Shown here: positions 10,058 through 19,951 of the stretch, piece after piece
Numbering within the stretch: the first letter of the stretch is position 1
Layout of the letters: every line of letters begins with the position of its first letter
From: Spirochaetia bacterium
GTDB lineage: Bacteria > Spirochaetota > Spirochaetia > SZUA-6 > Bin103
Reading direction: 5' to 3'
Length of the DNA stretch: 64,000 nucleotides
NCBI GenBank assembly: GCA_965203905.1
Contig: CBDBDQ010000005.1
Location: forward strand, 1,344,001 to 1,408,000
Translations under genes and position numbers: made by a program
Notes under the pieces: model-generated
Told to the model about the DNA's origin: nothing
Databases searched by the model: none
Seen by the model: only the letters and a program-made list of their open reading frames with translations

Positions 10058-13000
10058 GTGGACCTTGGCCGCAAACACCGCTTCCCCGACGGCGCCCACT
10101 GCCGCGCGGCCTTCCTTCTGGTGGTCTGGCTGGTTGCCGCGGCTGGCGCTGCGAGAGCCCAGCAAACGGCCGTGTGCAGCAACACGCCTGCAAGCAACCA
10201 GCGGGTCGAGTGCAAGGAGGATTCCGATTCGACCAGCGCCATCGACATCGACCTGGCAGGCGTCAGCATCGAAACAACGACTGACCATAAGCAGGGAGTT
10301 CATGGCGAGCATATGGGCGCAGGAAACGTCGCTATCGATGTCGCAGCTTCCAGCGGGGGAGATCGCAGCATGGTCACCACGTCAGGGGCCGGGGCAACGG
10401 CAATTCAGGGCGCCCAGTATGGTACCAGTGGCGACGCTGCGATCTACCTCGAAGATACCACCATTACGACCGCGGGAACGAACGCCATGGGGGTCTTTGG
10501 GATCATTCAGCAACCGAACTCGCAGGGCAATGTCGTTATCGATGCCGACGCCGTGGATATCACGACAACGGGCGTCAATGAGTTCCGTTCGTACGGTTTC
10601 GGCCTTTATGGCCGCAATCAGGCCAGCGTCGGAAATGTCAATATCGACGCCCGAAGCTACACCTATCACGGGACCGGTTATGGCGTCTTCGGATGGCGCG
10701 ACGAAGGTGGGCGCGGCTCCGTTACCATCTCCGTCGAGGATTCGGATATCACGACCACCGGTACCTCGGGTCAGGGCATTGAGCGGCGTGGCCTGGACAG
10801 TCACGGCATCTACGCGAGGCAATTGTCGGAGGACGCTACGACCGGCGATGTCATCGACATCGACGTAAAGAATACCATCATCACTACGGAAGACATGCGC
10901 AGCCACGGCGTCAGTGCCTGGAGCATAGGGCCTGCGGCGATTGACATCGACCTGGAGGACGTAACCATCCGTTCGGAATCTACCGACACGGACACCCATC
11001 CGCCGCACCTCTTCGACACGCTGTCCCATGGCGTCTTTGCCAGGAATGCTCCCTATCTGACGAGCGGTAACACCGGCGATATTCGCATCACGGACACCGG
11101 CGGCGATATCATCACGAAGGGTACGCAGTCCTACGGCATTGGTGCGCTTCATGAATCCGCGGTCGACGACACCGACAGCTTGACCAGGGACAACGAGGGC
11201 GGCATCACGATTACGACCGTCAGAACAGCCATCGACACGAGTGGTCCCAATTCCCCCGCCATCCATGCCGAGCATCAAGGCAGCGGAGACATCTGGATCA
11301 TCCCGCAAGGCGTCGACATCGAGACCACGGGCCTTGACGGCTACGGCGTCGGTGGCCTGCATGAGGGCACCGGCGACATCAGCCTTGACGTCGGCTACAG
11401 CATCCTTCAAGAAGATGAAACAACCACCGTCGTATACAGCGACATCACCACGGCGGGAGAGAGTGGCTCCGGCGTTTACGGCCGCCACACCGGCGCCGGC
11501 GACATCACCATCGATGTTGAATTTGCCGACATCACCACGACGGGTGCCAAAGCCTCAGGCATCGAAGCGTTCATTGGTCATACGGATCTGGAGACCGATG
11601 ACCCGCCGTCGGCGGCCGGCAACATCGACATCGACGGTGGTTTTTTTGTGACCATCGAAGCGGTCTTCCACGGTGTTTTTGTCCGTCATAGCGGAGGCGC
11701 GGGCCGGGTCGACATCGACTTGACGTCCCCGGATATAACCACGACAGGAACCTTCGGCAGCAATGGCGTCTACGTGTGGCGTCAAGGGACCGACACCGGC
11801 CCCGTGAACGTGACCGTCAACCGCTCCGACATCATTACGGAGGGTCGTTCGTCTCACGGAGTCTTCGTCGACCATCAAGGAAAGGATACCGCCGACATCT
11901 GCATCATCGTTGATGGCAGCAGCGTCGGCGACATCGAGACCGCAGGTTATAACTCCTACGGTGTCCGCGGCTTTCGCAACGGAGGCCTCGATAGTGTTGG
12001 CACGGGCACCGTCAAGATCGACGTTCGAGATCTTCGGATCACCACGACAGGTTCCAGGGGTCGCGGCATCGATGCCTACCATACCGGTACCGGCGATATC
12101 GACATCGACGTCGAAGGTGGCAGCATCAACACATCGGGCGAGCTGGCCTATGGAATCAGAGCTCGACATCAACCCATCGCCAAGGACGAAGACGACAACT
12201 TCATCCTGAGGGATGGCGATATCACGATCGACCCCACGAACGTCACCATCACCACAAGCGGTGTCGCTGCCGATGGCATTCAGGGTTATCACCAAAGCCG
12301 GGGCGACCTCATTATCAGACCGCAAGACGCCATAATCAGGACGCTGAGCCGGGGTATCTACCGGAATACCGGGACCTTGGCGAACGGCATCTATGGCATT
12401 CATACCGGTGTCGGCGACCTGGAGATCGACGCCCGCGGCGGTACGATCAGGACTCGCGGAACCTATTCCTACGGCATCCAGGGTCGCCATTCGGGGGACG
12501 GCGATGTCGGCATCACCACTGACGACAGCCATTCCATCATCACGCGGGGCGCCAACGCCCACGGCATCGTGGCCTACCACTTCGGTACGATGGACTCCAG
12601 GGCCATGGCGGTAACGGTCGATGGGACGGTGGAGACCAGAGGGGCGGGCGCGAATGGCGTCCAGATCGGCGCGCTCGATTCCAACGGAGTCCCGGAGCGG
12701 GTAGCCGGGTTGGACGCGGAGGGCTACCTCCGGCAGAGCGTCACGGTGAACGACTCGGTCCACGGAGGCTCGGGTGACGCGGCGGGTGTCTTTCTGGCTG
12801 GAGGCGGCCGGGTGTACATCGGCCCGGCGGGAACCGTCGGCGCGGATTCCGACATCGCCATTCGCGCGTCAGGCGGCTCGCCCAAGCTATACGTCGACAT
12901 GGATCTCAACGGCCGCCGGCTGGCGGCGGTCATCGGGGACGACTGGATCATCAACGACGGCGGTGAGACCACCATCGTGGTCAACGACGTGAAGCTGCAT

Positions 13001-14734
13001 GACGGCGCTACCGGCAGCACCGGAATGAGCGCTCCCAACGGCGCATGGGACGTGATGGTAAGGGAAGATGGCCTGACCGTGGATACCAGCACCAGTCCGT
13101 GGACCATCTCAGCGCGATCGACCGGGACCATCAACGACCGCGACTTCAACTTCGAGGATTTCACCGGGGAAGACGACACAACGCCACCGCCTCCGCCGCC
13201 GCCGCCGCCGCCTCCTCCGCCGCCGCCTCCTCCGCCGCCGCCGCCTCCTCCGCCTCCTCCTCCTCCTCCGCCGCCTCCGCCGCCTCCTCCGCCTCCGCCT
13301 CCGCCTCCGCCGCCGCCGCCGCCTCCTCCGCCGCCTCCGCCGGAACCGCCGGAACCACCGGAGCCGCCAGAACCGCCGGAGCCGCCAGAACCACCAGAAC
13401 CGCCAGAACCACCAGAACCGCCGGAGCCACCGGAACCGCCGGAACCGCCAGAACCACCGGAACCACCAGAACCGCCAGAGCCGCCAGAACCGCCGGAGCC
13501 GCCAGAACCGCCAGAACCGCCAGAACCACCGGAACCACCAGAGCCGCCAGAACCGCCAGAACCACCAGAGCCGCCGGAACCGCCGGAACCACCAGAACCA
13601 CCGGAGCCGCCAGAACCGCCAGAACCACCAGAACCGCCAGAACCGCCGGAACCGCCGGAACCACCAGAGCCGCCGGAACCGCCAGAACCGCCAGAACCAC
13701 CGGAACCGCCGGAACCACCAGAACCACCAGAACCACCAGAACCACCGGAACCACCAGAACCGCCAGAGCCGCCAGAACCGCCAGAGCCGCCAGAACCGCC
13801 AGAACCGCCAGAACCGCCAGAGCCGGAGGGTCCCTTCATTGAAGAGTTCGCGCCCCGCGCAGCCCTTTATGAGGTCCTGCCAGACTTTCTGCTGCGTCTG
13901 ATGCGGCCCACGCAGATGTGCCCCTCATCCGCGGGCTGGGGCATAGCGGGCCGGATATCGGGCGGTAACGGGTCATACACAGCGCGACGCTCGACGGTGG
14001 GTGCGTCGTACGACTTCGACCGTCTGGATACCAAGGCGGGTGTGAACCTCGGCCTTGGCAGCGAGGTAACTGGAGGGGCTTCGGCGCGCTACCTGAGCAG
14101 TACGGCGAACGTTTCCGCTCCCACGGGGGGAGGAACGATAACCGCCCAGGGGGTCGGCGCCGTGGCCGGCGTTTTCTGGCACAGCGAGAGCAACTTCTAC
14201 GCCGCCGGCTGCGGTTCTCTGGTGTACTTTGGTGTGGACTTCGACTCCAACAAGCGTGGCAGGCTCAAGACCGGCGCCGCGGCCACCGGGCACTCTCTGG
14301 GTGCTGAGTTGGGGTATGGGTTGGGCCTCGGCGCACACCTCGGCGTGACGCCTCATGCGTGGGTCTATTGGCCGAACATCGCCGTGGACGACTTCACGGA
14401 CGCGGTGAACTCACGCGTGTCGGTAAATGCCGCCGATCGCTTGATCGGCGGCATTGGGCTGGCGTTGGAGAGCACGCACCATTCGGGGACTGGAGAGATC
14501 TCGCTGCGTGGTGCGCTGGGCCTGGAGCATATCTTCGGTGGCACCGAGACGATCGCCGTGGTATCGGGAGAGAATCTGGTGTCGGTGGCAGCCGAGAACG
14601 GGATTTGGATTGGTCTTGACAGCGCCTATCGGCAGGAAGACTTCTCCCTCGGCGCGGGTCTAAGGTCGGCGCTGCAGTTTGGCACCGATACCCAGTCATA
14701 CTCCGGCTACCTCAGGTTTGGAGTGCATTTTTAG
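10058..14734 (+). CDS. Autotransporter adhesin-like protein: repetitive Gly/Thr/Asp-rich beta-helix passenger, polyproline/EPP stalk and C-terminal beta-barrel
   Basis: Signal peptide (..AAAGAARA-QQ), repeated ITTTG..S.GI/GDI.IDV units, P53(EPP)53 linker, amphipathic barrel strands and terminal YLRFGVHF. Confidence 0.9.
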   Translation: MDLGRKHRFPDGAHCRAAFLLVVWLVAAAGAARAQQTAVCSNTPASNQRVECKEDSDSTSAIDIDLAGVSIETTTDHKQGVHGEHMGAGNVAIDVAASSGGDRSMVTTSGAGATAIQGAQYGTSGDAAIYLEDTTITTAGTNAMGVFGIIQQPNSQGNVVIDADAVDITTTGVNEFRSYGFGLYGRNQASVGNVNIDARSYTYHGTGYGVFGWRDEGGRGSVTISVEDSDITTTGTSGQGIERRGLDSHGIYARQLSEDATTGDVIDIDVKNTIITTEDMRSHGVSAWSIGPAAIDIDLEDVTIRSESTDTDTHPPHLFDTLSHGVFARNAPYLTSGNTGDIRITDTGGDIITKGTQSYGIGALHESAVDDTDSLTRDNEGGITITTVRTAIDTSGPNSPAIHAEHQGSGDIWIIPQGVDIETTGLDGYGVGGLHEGTGDISLDVGYSILQEDETTTVVYSDITTAGESGSGVYGRHTGAGDITIDVEFADITTTGAKASGIEAFIGHTDLETDDPPSAAGNIDIDGGFFVTIEAVFHGVFVRHSGGAGRVDIDLTSPDITTTGTFGSNGVYVWRQGTDTGPVNVTVNRSDIITEGRSSHGVFVDHQGKDTADICIIVDGSSVGDIETAGYNSYGVRGFRNGGLDSVGTGTVKIDVRDLRITTTGSRGRGIDAYHTGTGDIDIDVEGGSINTSGELAYGIRARHQPIAKDEDDNFILRDGDITIDPTNVTITTSGVAADGIQGYHQSRGDLIIRPQDAIIRTLSRGIYRNTGTLANGIYGIHTGVGDLEIDARGGTIRTRGTYSYGIQGRHSGDGDVGITTDDSHSIITRGANAHGIVAYHFGTMDSRAMAVTVDGTVETRGAGANGVQIGALDSNGVPERVAGLDAEGYLRQSVTVNDSVHGGSGDAAGVFLAGGGRVYIGPAGTVGADSDIAIRASGGSPKLYVDMDLNGRRLAAVIGDDWIINDGGETTIVVNDVKLHDGATGSTGMSAPNGAWDVMVREDGLTVDTSTSPWTISARSTGTINDRDFNFEDFTGEDDTTPPPPPPPPPPPPPPPPPPPPPPPPPPPPPPPPPPPPPPPPPPPPPPPPPPPPPEPPEPPEPPEPPEPPEPPEPPEPPEPPEPPEPPEPPEPPEPPEPPEPPEPPEPPEPPEPPEPPEPPEPPEPPEPPEPPEPPEPPEPPEPPEPPEPPEPPEPPEPPEPPEPPEPPEPPEPPEPPEPPEPPEPPEPPEPPEPPEPPEPPEPPEPPEPPEPPEPEGPFIEEFAPRAALYEVLPDFLLRLMRPTQMCPSSAGWGIAGRISGGNGSYTARRSTVGASYDFDRLDTKAGVNLGLGSEVTGGASARYLSSTANVSAPTGGGTITAQGVGAVAGVFWHSESNFYAAGCGSLVYFGVDFDSNKRGRLKTGAAATGHSLGAELGYGLGLGAHLGVTPHAWVYWPNIAVDDFTDAVNSRVSVNAADRLIGGIGLALESTHHSGTGEISLRGALGLEHIFGGTETIAVVSGENLVSVAAENGIWIGLDSAYRQEDFSLGAGLRSALQFGTDTQSYSGYLRFGVHF
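13184..13828 (+). repeat. 53 consecutive Pro codons (13184-13342) followed by 53 Glu-Pro-Pro units (13343-13819) and Glu-Pro-Glu
   Basis: Counted from coordinates: 159 bp of CCN codons, then 477 bp of GAR-CCN-CCN with synonymous variation. Confidence 0.95.
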
Positions 14735-15012
14735 GAAGTGAGGAGCGCGAAGTCCAGGGTGTCTCGACACCCGTGGCAGCGCACTGCGGAGAGTTCATTG
14801 TGAGCGAGAAGAACGGGGATACCGTCTCAGTTTGTCGACCTGACGACGCATGGGTACGGCTCGCAGGCCGACTGGAGGAGATCTCCGATCACTTACTCCT
14901 GGACGCCGCTCGCGATCCGTCGGGTGCCAACGCCGTCTATCGACAGACGGCGTTGGCCGTAGCGTCTCTGGCCGTCAAGGTGCGTAACACATCCCTACTT
15001 CTGAACTGATTT

Positions 15013-15092
15013 ACGCCGGCGGAGACCGAGCTCACGGTCTCGCGACAATTCGAGGTGGCGCCTGCCGAGAACCCGCGACCAGGCGGCGACCG
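15013..15092 (+). pseudogene. Internally deleted shard of the 3' end of the LuxR-type regulator at 17473-17680
   Basis: Blocks ACGCCGGCGGAGACCGAG, GGTCTCGCGACAATTCGAGGTGGC, CCTGCCGAGAACC and GCGACCAGGCGGCGACCG occur in the same order as in the intact gene. Confidence 0.85.
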
Positions 15093-15219
15093 ATTTCGGA
15101 CGGTACCGGACGGGGCATTCATCCTGCTGGACTACTGCAAATGAGGGGCGACCTTTCCGTCGAACGTGGTAGGCTGCAACGCCGTATGGACACTGCGGGA
15201 TGGCATTCGAGCGCGTGGC

Positions 15220-15298
15220 GAATTGAGCGGTATCTGACCGTTCTGCGGCGTGAGGTTGCACAAGCCGTCTTGCGGCTGCGGCGCTGGCGTCGTGACCT
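15220..15298 (+). repeat. Diverged copy of the trailer sequence that follows the array lipoprotein genes; itself resembles a LuxR-regulator 3' end
   Basis: TCTTGCGGCTGCGGCGCTGGCGTCGTGACCT versus TCTTGCGGCTGTGGCGCTGGCGGCGTGACCT at 51643-51673. It is preceded by GAGGTTGCACAAGCCGTC (EVAQAV, as in the regulator C-terminus). Confidence 0.7.
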
Positions 15299-15349
15299 GA
15301 CGTGCTCCGTGGAACGCCGCCGTGACAAGCGGCGTGCAGGCTCGTTCCG

Positions 15350-16318
15350 GTGATGCCGTCCAAACCGCCGACCGGTTCCATCCCTTCGCCGGCGGACGCT
15401 GCGAACGCCGCCGAGCAGTTCTACGCCAATTCCTCCCTTGGCCTGAACCAGTGGTGGCGGTGGGTCGCAGGCCTGCTCATCATCCTCGCCGCCTGGCTGG
15501 GACTGGGGATCCTCATACAATTCGCCGGCTGCACCGTTCTGGCGCGCACCAACGCCTTCGCAACGACCTGCGGCGACTCCACCGTCGCCCGGCTGTTCCT
15601 GGGTGGCCTGGGGTTCGCGACCGGCATCGCCGGTGCCTGGCTGGCGGCCCGGGCGCTGCACCGGAAGGAGTTCAGGCGGTTCCTCACCGGGCGCAAGTCG
15701 TTCGCATGGCGGCGCTACCTGTTCGGCGTGCTGGTAGCGCTGATCGTCTCCCTGGCCACCTTCCTGGTCAACCGGTTCATCCTCCGGCTGGAAATGACGT
15801 TCCAACCGCCGGGTGCCGAGTTCCTGATCTTTCTGCTGTTCGCGATCGTGCTGGTTCCGATTCAGTCCGGCTTCGAAGAGGTGTTCTTCCGCGGCTACAT
15901 TCTGCAGGGGTTGATGCGGTTGCTGGGCAGCAGGGTTCTGCTGGTCATCGCCGCGGGGGTGGCCTTCATGCTCCCCCATCTTGCCAATCCGGAACCGCTG
16001 AAGTACGGGTTCGCCCCCTACGCCCTCGCCCTGCTCTCCTCCGGGGTCTTCTTCAGCATCATGGTGCTGCTCGACGGCGGCATCGAGGTGGCGGCCGGCT
16101 ACCACGCGATGAGCAATCTGTTCATGGGGATGGTCGCGAACACGGCGGCGGCCGCGATCGAAAGCCCCGCCCTGTTCCTGATCCAGAGCGACGCCTTCCG
16201 CCTGTTTCCCGACATCTTCATCAGCGTCCTGGGCTTCGTGCTCGCACTGACGATCCTCAACCTGAAGTACCGGTGGCTGCGCGGTCAGGGCACAAACGCC
16301 TCGCAGCAGGGCATATAG
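15350..16318 (+). CDS. CPBP (Abi/CAAX) family intramembrane glutamic protease
   Basis: Multiple TM helices with motifs QSGFEEVFFRGY, FMLPHLANP and YHAMSN. Confidence 0.92.
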   Translation: MMPSKPPTGSIPSPADAANAAEQFYANSSLGLNQWWRWVAGLLIILAAWLGLGILIQFAGCTVLARTNAFATTCGDSTVARLFLGGLGFATGIAGAWLAARALHRKEFRRFLTGRKSFAWRRYLFGVLVALIVSLATFLVNRFILRLEMTFQPPGAEFLIFLLFAIVLVPIQSGFEEVFFRGYILQGLMRLLGSRVLLVIAAGVAFMLPHLANPEPLKYGFAPYALALLSSGVFFSIMVLLDGGIEVAAGYHAMSNLFMGMVANTAAAAIESPALFLIQSDAFRLFPDIFISVLGFVLALTILNLKYRWLRGQGTNASQQGI

Positions 16319-16383
16319 CACGCAACTCGGCACAAAGCCGCCGCTGGCTTTGGCGGTCGCCGTCGCGAAGCGATCTGCCCAGC

Positions 16384-16401
16384 ATCCTCCAATTGGAGGA
16401 T
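16384..16401. promoter_or_regulatory. Perfect 18-bp palindrome ATCCTCCAATTGGAGGAT upstream of the LuxR-type regulator (candidate operator)
   Basis: Self-complementary and ~118 bp upstream of the probable TTG start. It resembles the CCTACCAATCCTGGTAGG boxes of the right-hand array. Confidence 0.6.
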
Positions 16402-16518
16402 AGACCGGTCGATCCGACCCGACTATAAGTGGACCAAAGTGGACTCGGGTTACCGCAACTGAGGGAGCTCGCGGGGTAGACAGCGTCCGCCGGGGTGGTC
16501 CGCCGGGGTGGAAGTGAA

Positions 16519-17724
16519 TTGAGTCAGCAGGATGCACTCGATCGTATCGTGGGCTCGCTCAACGAGGCCATGCTCGACGACGGCCTCTGGCCGGAAACCT
16601 CCGCGCTCCTCGACGAGGCCTGCGGGGCCAGGGGCAGCATTCTCTTGTTCGGGGGCGGGGCCTTGACCGAGAACTCCGAGATCTACTTTGCGAAATGCTA
16701 CCAACGGGGGGTAGAGCGCTCGGAGTGGCGCCGCGAGTACTTTCGGCACTACTTCCCGACCGACGAATGCCTGCCGCGACTGGCGAAGCTCCCGGACTCC
16801 AGGATCGTTCACGTTGCCGACCTCTTCAGCGACGACGAACGGAAGACGTCGCTCACCTATACCGAGGCATTGCGGCGCTACGGGGCTCAGAATGGGCTGG
16901 GCGTACGTCTGGACGGCCCCGGCGGCGCGCACATTGTCTGGGGGATTGGGGATCCCGTTGATACGAGCGGCTGGTCGTCATCCCGCGTCGAGATGGTCGC
17001 GCGCGTCCTGCCCCACCTGCGCCAGTATGTTCGGGTGCGCTCCATGCTCGCCGAAGCGGGGGCGCTCGGCGCGACCGTGACCGGGCTCCTCGACAACACC
17101 CGCGCCGGGGTGATCCAGCTCGACCGGGGCGGGCGGATCGTGGACGCGAACGACAGCGCGAGGGAACTGCTGCGCCAAAACGACGGGCTGTTCGATGTAG
17201 ACGGAGCGCTGCGTGCCGCCTGGCCGGAGGACGACTCGAGGCTCCGGGACCTGGTGACCCGGGCGTTGCCGCGCATCGACGAACAGGGCGCGAGCGGCTC
17301 GATGCTGGTGCGGCGACGGTCGTCGCTGGCGAGGTTCGCGCTGCACGTGAAGCCGGTGGCGAACCGAGAGGTGGACTGTCGCTCCCGGCACGCGGGGGCA
17401 CTCGTGCTGATCGTCGACCCGGTGAGCCGGGCGCGGATCGAGCCGCACGTCGCGGCGGCGGTGTTGGGGCTCACGCCGGCGGAGACCGAGATCGCGGTGC
17501 TGCTCGCCGAGGGCCGGACCCTGCGCCAGATCGCCGCGACGACGGGTCGCGGATACAGCACGGTGCGGACGCACCTCAAGCACCTGTTCGCCAAGCTCGG
17601 GGTCTCGCGACAATTCGAGGTGGCCCAGGCCGTCCTTGCGCTGTCGAGCCTGCCGAGAACCGGCGACCAGGCGGCGACCGGCTTCGCACGGCGCCCGAGG
17701 GGCCCGCGCCATGAGTCCAGTTGA
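16519..17724 (+). CDS. GAF/PAS plus LuxR-type HTH transcriptional regulator
   Basis: LSQQDALDRIVGSLNEAMLDDGLWP..., PAS-like GVIQLDRGGRIVDAN, and HTH LGLTPAETEIAVLLAEGRTLRQIA...TVRTHLKHLFAKLGVSRQ. The TTG start was chosen by homology to 49053. Confidence 0.92.
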   Translation: MSQQDALDRIVGSLNEAMLDDGLWPETSALLDEACGARGSILLFGGGALTENSEIYFAKCYQRGVERSEWRREYFRHYFPTDECLPRLAKLPDSRIVHVADLFSDDERKTSLTYTEALRRYGAQNGLGVRLDGPGGAHIVWGIGDPVDTSGWSSSRVEMVARVLPHLRQYVRVRSMLAEAGALGATVTGLLDNTRAGVIQLDRGGRIVDANDSARELLRQNDGLFDVDGALRAAWPEDDSRLRDLVTRALPRIDEQGASGSMLVRRRSSLARFALHVKPVANREVDCRSRHAGALVLIVDPVSRARIEPHVAAAVLGLTPAETEIAVLLAEGRTLRQIAATTGRGYSTVRTHLKHLFAKLGVSRQFEVAQAVLALSSLPRTGDQAATGFARRPRGPRHESS

Positions 17725-17787
17725 TCTATTGCGAATCCTTGTTCTGCCACCGGCGGGTCCGGCGGCATACGGGCTGCTAGCACCTCC

Positions 17788-18885
17788 CTAGCACCTCCCG
17801 CTTGCGATATCCGGGTAGAGGAGGGCGTAGAACAGCGCAGAAGTACCGCCGGCCGCCAATAGGTGCCACCACGCGTGCAGCGTTTTCCATATCAATGGCC
17901 GGCTCTTGGCGCTCGGCCTGGGTTCCGCCGGCGCAGCGTCCGCTGAGCGGTTGCGCTCCGCTTCCCTCTCGCTCTGGTGGAAATCGATCCGATGCAAGAT
18001 GAACGCAACGCCGAACACGACCACCGAGCCGAGCAGCGCCATCCATCCCGGACTCCAACCCGCGCTCGGTGCTCTCGGACCCGGTCGCAGGAGCAGGTAG
18101 ACAGCGCACCCGTAGGTCAGGCCGAGCAGCACCGCCAGCTTCACCATGACCGCTTGCGCCGACTGCCGGAACAACATCCGCAGTATCACCGACCCCACCA
18201 TCCCCACCAGCAGCATCAGTTCGGCCGTGTACAGGCGCAGTTCTGCCAGGATGCCGGTAGACGGCAGCGCCTTGGCCAGCGCCAGGACTGCCAGCACGCT
18301 GTAGACGAAGTACGTTACCGTGACGTCGAGGTGGCCGGACCAGCGGGTGGGCACGCCGTGGAACAGTGCCGAACCGATACACAGCACGATCATGGACAGC
18401 ATGAAGACCAGGCCGATCGAGCTGTTGCCGGCGAAGTGGAACGCGGAGAAGGTTCCGGCGCTGGCGAAGCTGACCGTGGAGTAGGTATTGAACGGCTGAT
18501 GCGGAACCGCGGTCAGGCCGGCGCAGCCGTTGAGCCGTCCCTCGTACCACTCGCACCCGGCGCGCGGCAGGTAGGGAACATCCTGCGGCTTGATCTCGGA
18601 GAACGTCACGATCAGCACCGCCGTCAGCAACAACCCGGTAGCGAGCGCCCATATCACGGCGTCTTGCAGCCGGCTTCCCGCTTCGCCGCCGCACACCAGG
18701 GGCGTGTCGTCCGCCCCCCGATGCCGGTCCGACGCGTCCGCGGCATCGAGATGACAGGACAGCACACCCAAGCCCAGGAGCGCAGCGCACGCCACCACGG
18801 CGCAGCGCGGGATCACGGCGCGCCGGCCCGTGCGCTCGCGCAGCATGGCCGCGAGTTCGAGTTGGTCGCGCATCGTCTCAGGCAA
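17788..18885 (-). CDS. CREST-superfamily membrane hydrolase, alkaline ceramidase-like
   Basis: GCE...QPFNTYS, GSALFH (SxxxH), a conserved Asp (GHLDV) and HAWWH (HxxWH), in a multi-TM protein. The start is uncertain. Confidence 0.7.
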   Translation of the reverse strand: MPETMRDQLELAAMLRERTGRRAVIPRCAVVACAALLGLGVLSCHLDAADASDRHRGADDTPLVCGGEAGSRLQDAVIWALATGLLLTAVLIVTFSEIKPQDVPYLPRAGCEWYEGRLNGCAGLTAVPHQPFNTYSTVSFASAGTFSAFHFAGNSSIGLVFMLSMIVLCIGSALFHGVPTRWSGHLDVTVTYFVYSVLAVLALAKALPSTGILAELRLYTAELMLLVGMVGSVILRMLFRQSAQAVMVKLAVLLGLTYGCAVYLLLRPGPRAPSAGWSPGWMALLGSVVVFGVAFILHRIDFHQSEREAERNRSADAAPAEPRPSAKSRPLIWKTLHAWWHLLAAGGTSALFYALLYPDIASGRC

Positions 18886-18981
18886 TGATCTTCGGCGCCA
18901 TTCGCACCGCCGTTGACGAAAACACCGGCCCGAGGGCGCGTCGGTTCAGCACACGGCGTCCAAGCTCCGACCCTTGAACGT

Positions 18982-19629
18982 ATGCCACGTTGGATGCTTG
19001 CGTTCGCCACGCTGCTGCTGGCGCCCGGTGCCGCCGCCCCGCTGCTGGCCCTCGATCCGCCGGTCGTCACCGCAACCTACGAGACCGCCCGCGGCATCGA
19101 GGAGGATGACGAGGAGGAGTTGCAGCCCGACTACGTGCGCCACACGGTGCTGGTGAGCGCCCGCCAGGAGTTGGGCGAGCGCGTCCGGCTGACGGCGCCG
19201 GTGCGGGTCACCCAGCGCCGTGACCCGCAGGTCTCCGACTCGGAGAGCCTGGCGGTAAGCCTGCAGCCGCGCCTCGACCTGGAGCTGAGCGACCGGCTCG
19301 ACCTGGGGACGGAGCTGATTCTGCGCCATACGGATGCTCCCGAGCTGCTGACCGTCGGCGGCCGGCTGGCGTCGAGCCTGAAGCTCGGCGACGTGACCGT
19401 GGATGGCTGGCTCAAGCCGTTGTTCGATTCCTACGTGGAGGAGCCGGAGCGCAACCGCCAGCGCTACACGGCGTCGCTGGGCATCGTCTACCGGCACCAG
19501 GCGGTGCGCGTCAGCGGCCGCTACCGCGGCACCGCCCGCCTCGGCCTGGGCGACGCCAGCGAGGTGGACCTGCGGCTCTCCCACCTGGTCAACGTCAGCC
19601 TCCGGCTCGACCTCGCCAGGCTCCGCTGA
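18982..19629 (+). CDS. Exported protein, probable small beta-barrel outer-membrane protein
   Basis: Signal peptide MPRWMLAFATLLLAPGAAAPLLA and alternating hydrophobic/polar strands through to VNVSLRLDL. Confidence 0.6.
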   Translation: MPRWMLAFATLLLAPGAAAPLLALDPPVVTATYETARGIEEDDEEELQPDYVRHTVLVSARQELGERVRLTAPVRVTQRRDPQVSDSESLAVSLQPRLDLELSDRLDLGTELILRHTDAPELLTVGGRLASSLKLGDVTVDGWLKPLFDSYVEEPERNRQRYTASLGIVYRHQAVRVSGRYRGTARLGLGDASEVDLRLSHLVNVSLRLDLARLR

Positions 19630-19865
19630 TGCTGCACAGCCCGATGATCGACGTGGCCATCGGCCCGGTCTTCTCTACGTCTCGCTGAGCCTGGCGTGCA
19701 GCTCGATCCAGGAGATCGTCGGCGGCGTTCGGCCCGCGCTCGCGCGATCTGAGACCGGGCATCTGGGGGCATCTGAGGTCGCGGCGCTGTCCGAGCGGTC
19801 GCGGCCGGGTACGTCGGCCACCTGGCGCCGGAGTTGGGAGGGTTGCCGGCGGGAACCGGCCCCCC

Positions 19866-19946
19866 AAAAAAAGGAAGGACCGCCAGGAGGCCATCCCCAA
19901 CGGTCCGATCCAAAATCGAGGGGGAGGGTTCTAAGCCCCCTCTCCA
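19866..19946 (-). ncRNA. Candidate ~80-nt small RNA (two hairpins plus U-tract)
   Basis: Hairpin GAGGG(GG)-CTTAGAA-CCCTC, then GGACCGTTGGGG...CTCCTGGCGGTCC followed by TTCCTTTTTTT. A sigma28-type promoter lies directly upstream. Confidence 0.55.
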
Positions 19947-19951
19947 TAATC

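Noticed and set aside
12724-13842. Poly-Gly/GGS, TAR-rich and VLA-rich ORFs in other frames
   Set aside because: These are shadow frames of the autotransporter Pro/EPP repeat.
14773-15009. 78-aa ORF after the autotransporter
   Set aside because: No recognisable motif or clear RBS, and it runs into regulator debris. It cannot be supported.
19840-19950. tRNA gene
   Set aside because: No cloverleaf, T-loop GTTCGA context or acceptor stem. Kept only as an sRNA candidate.
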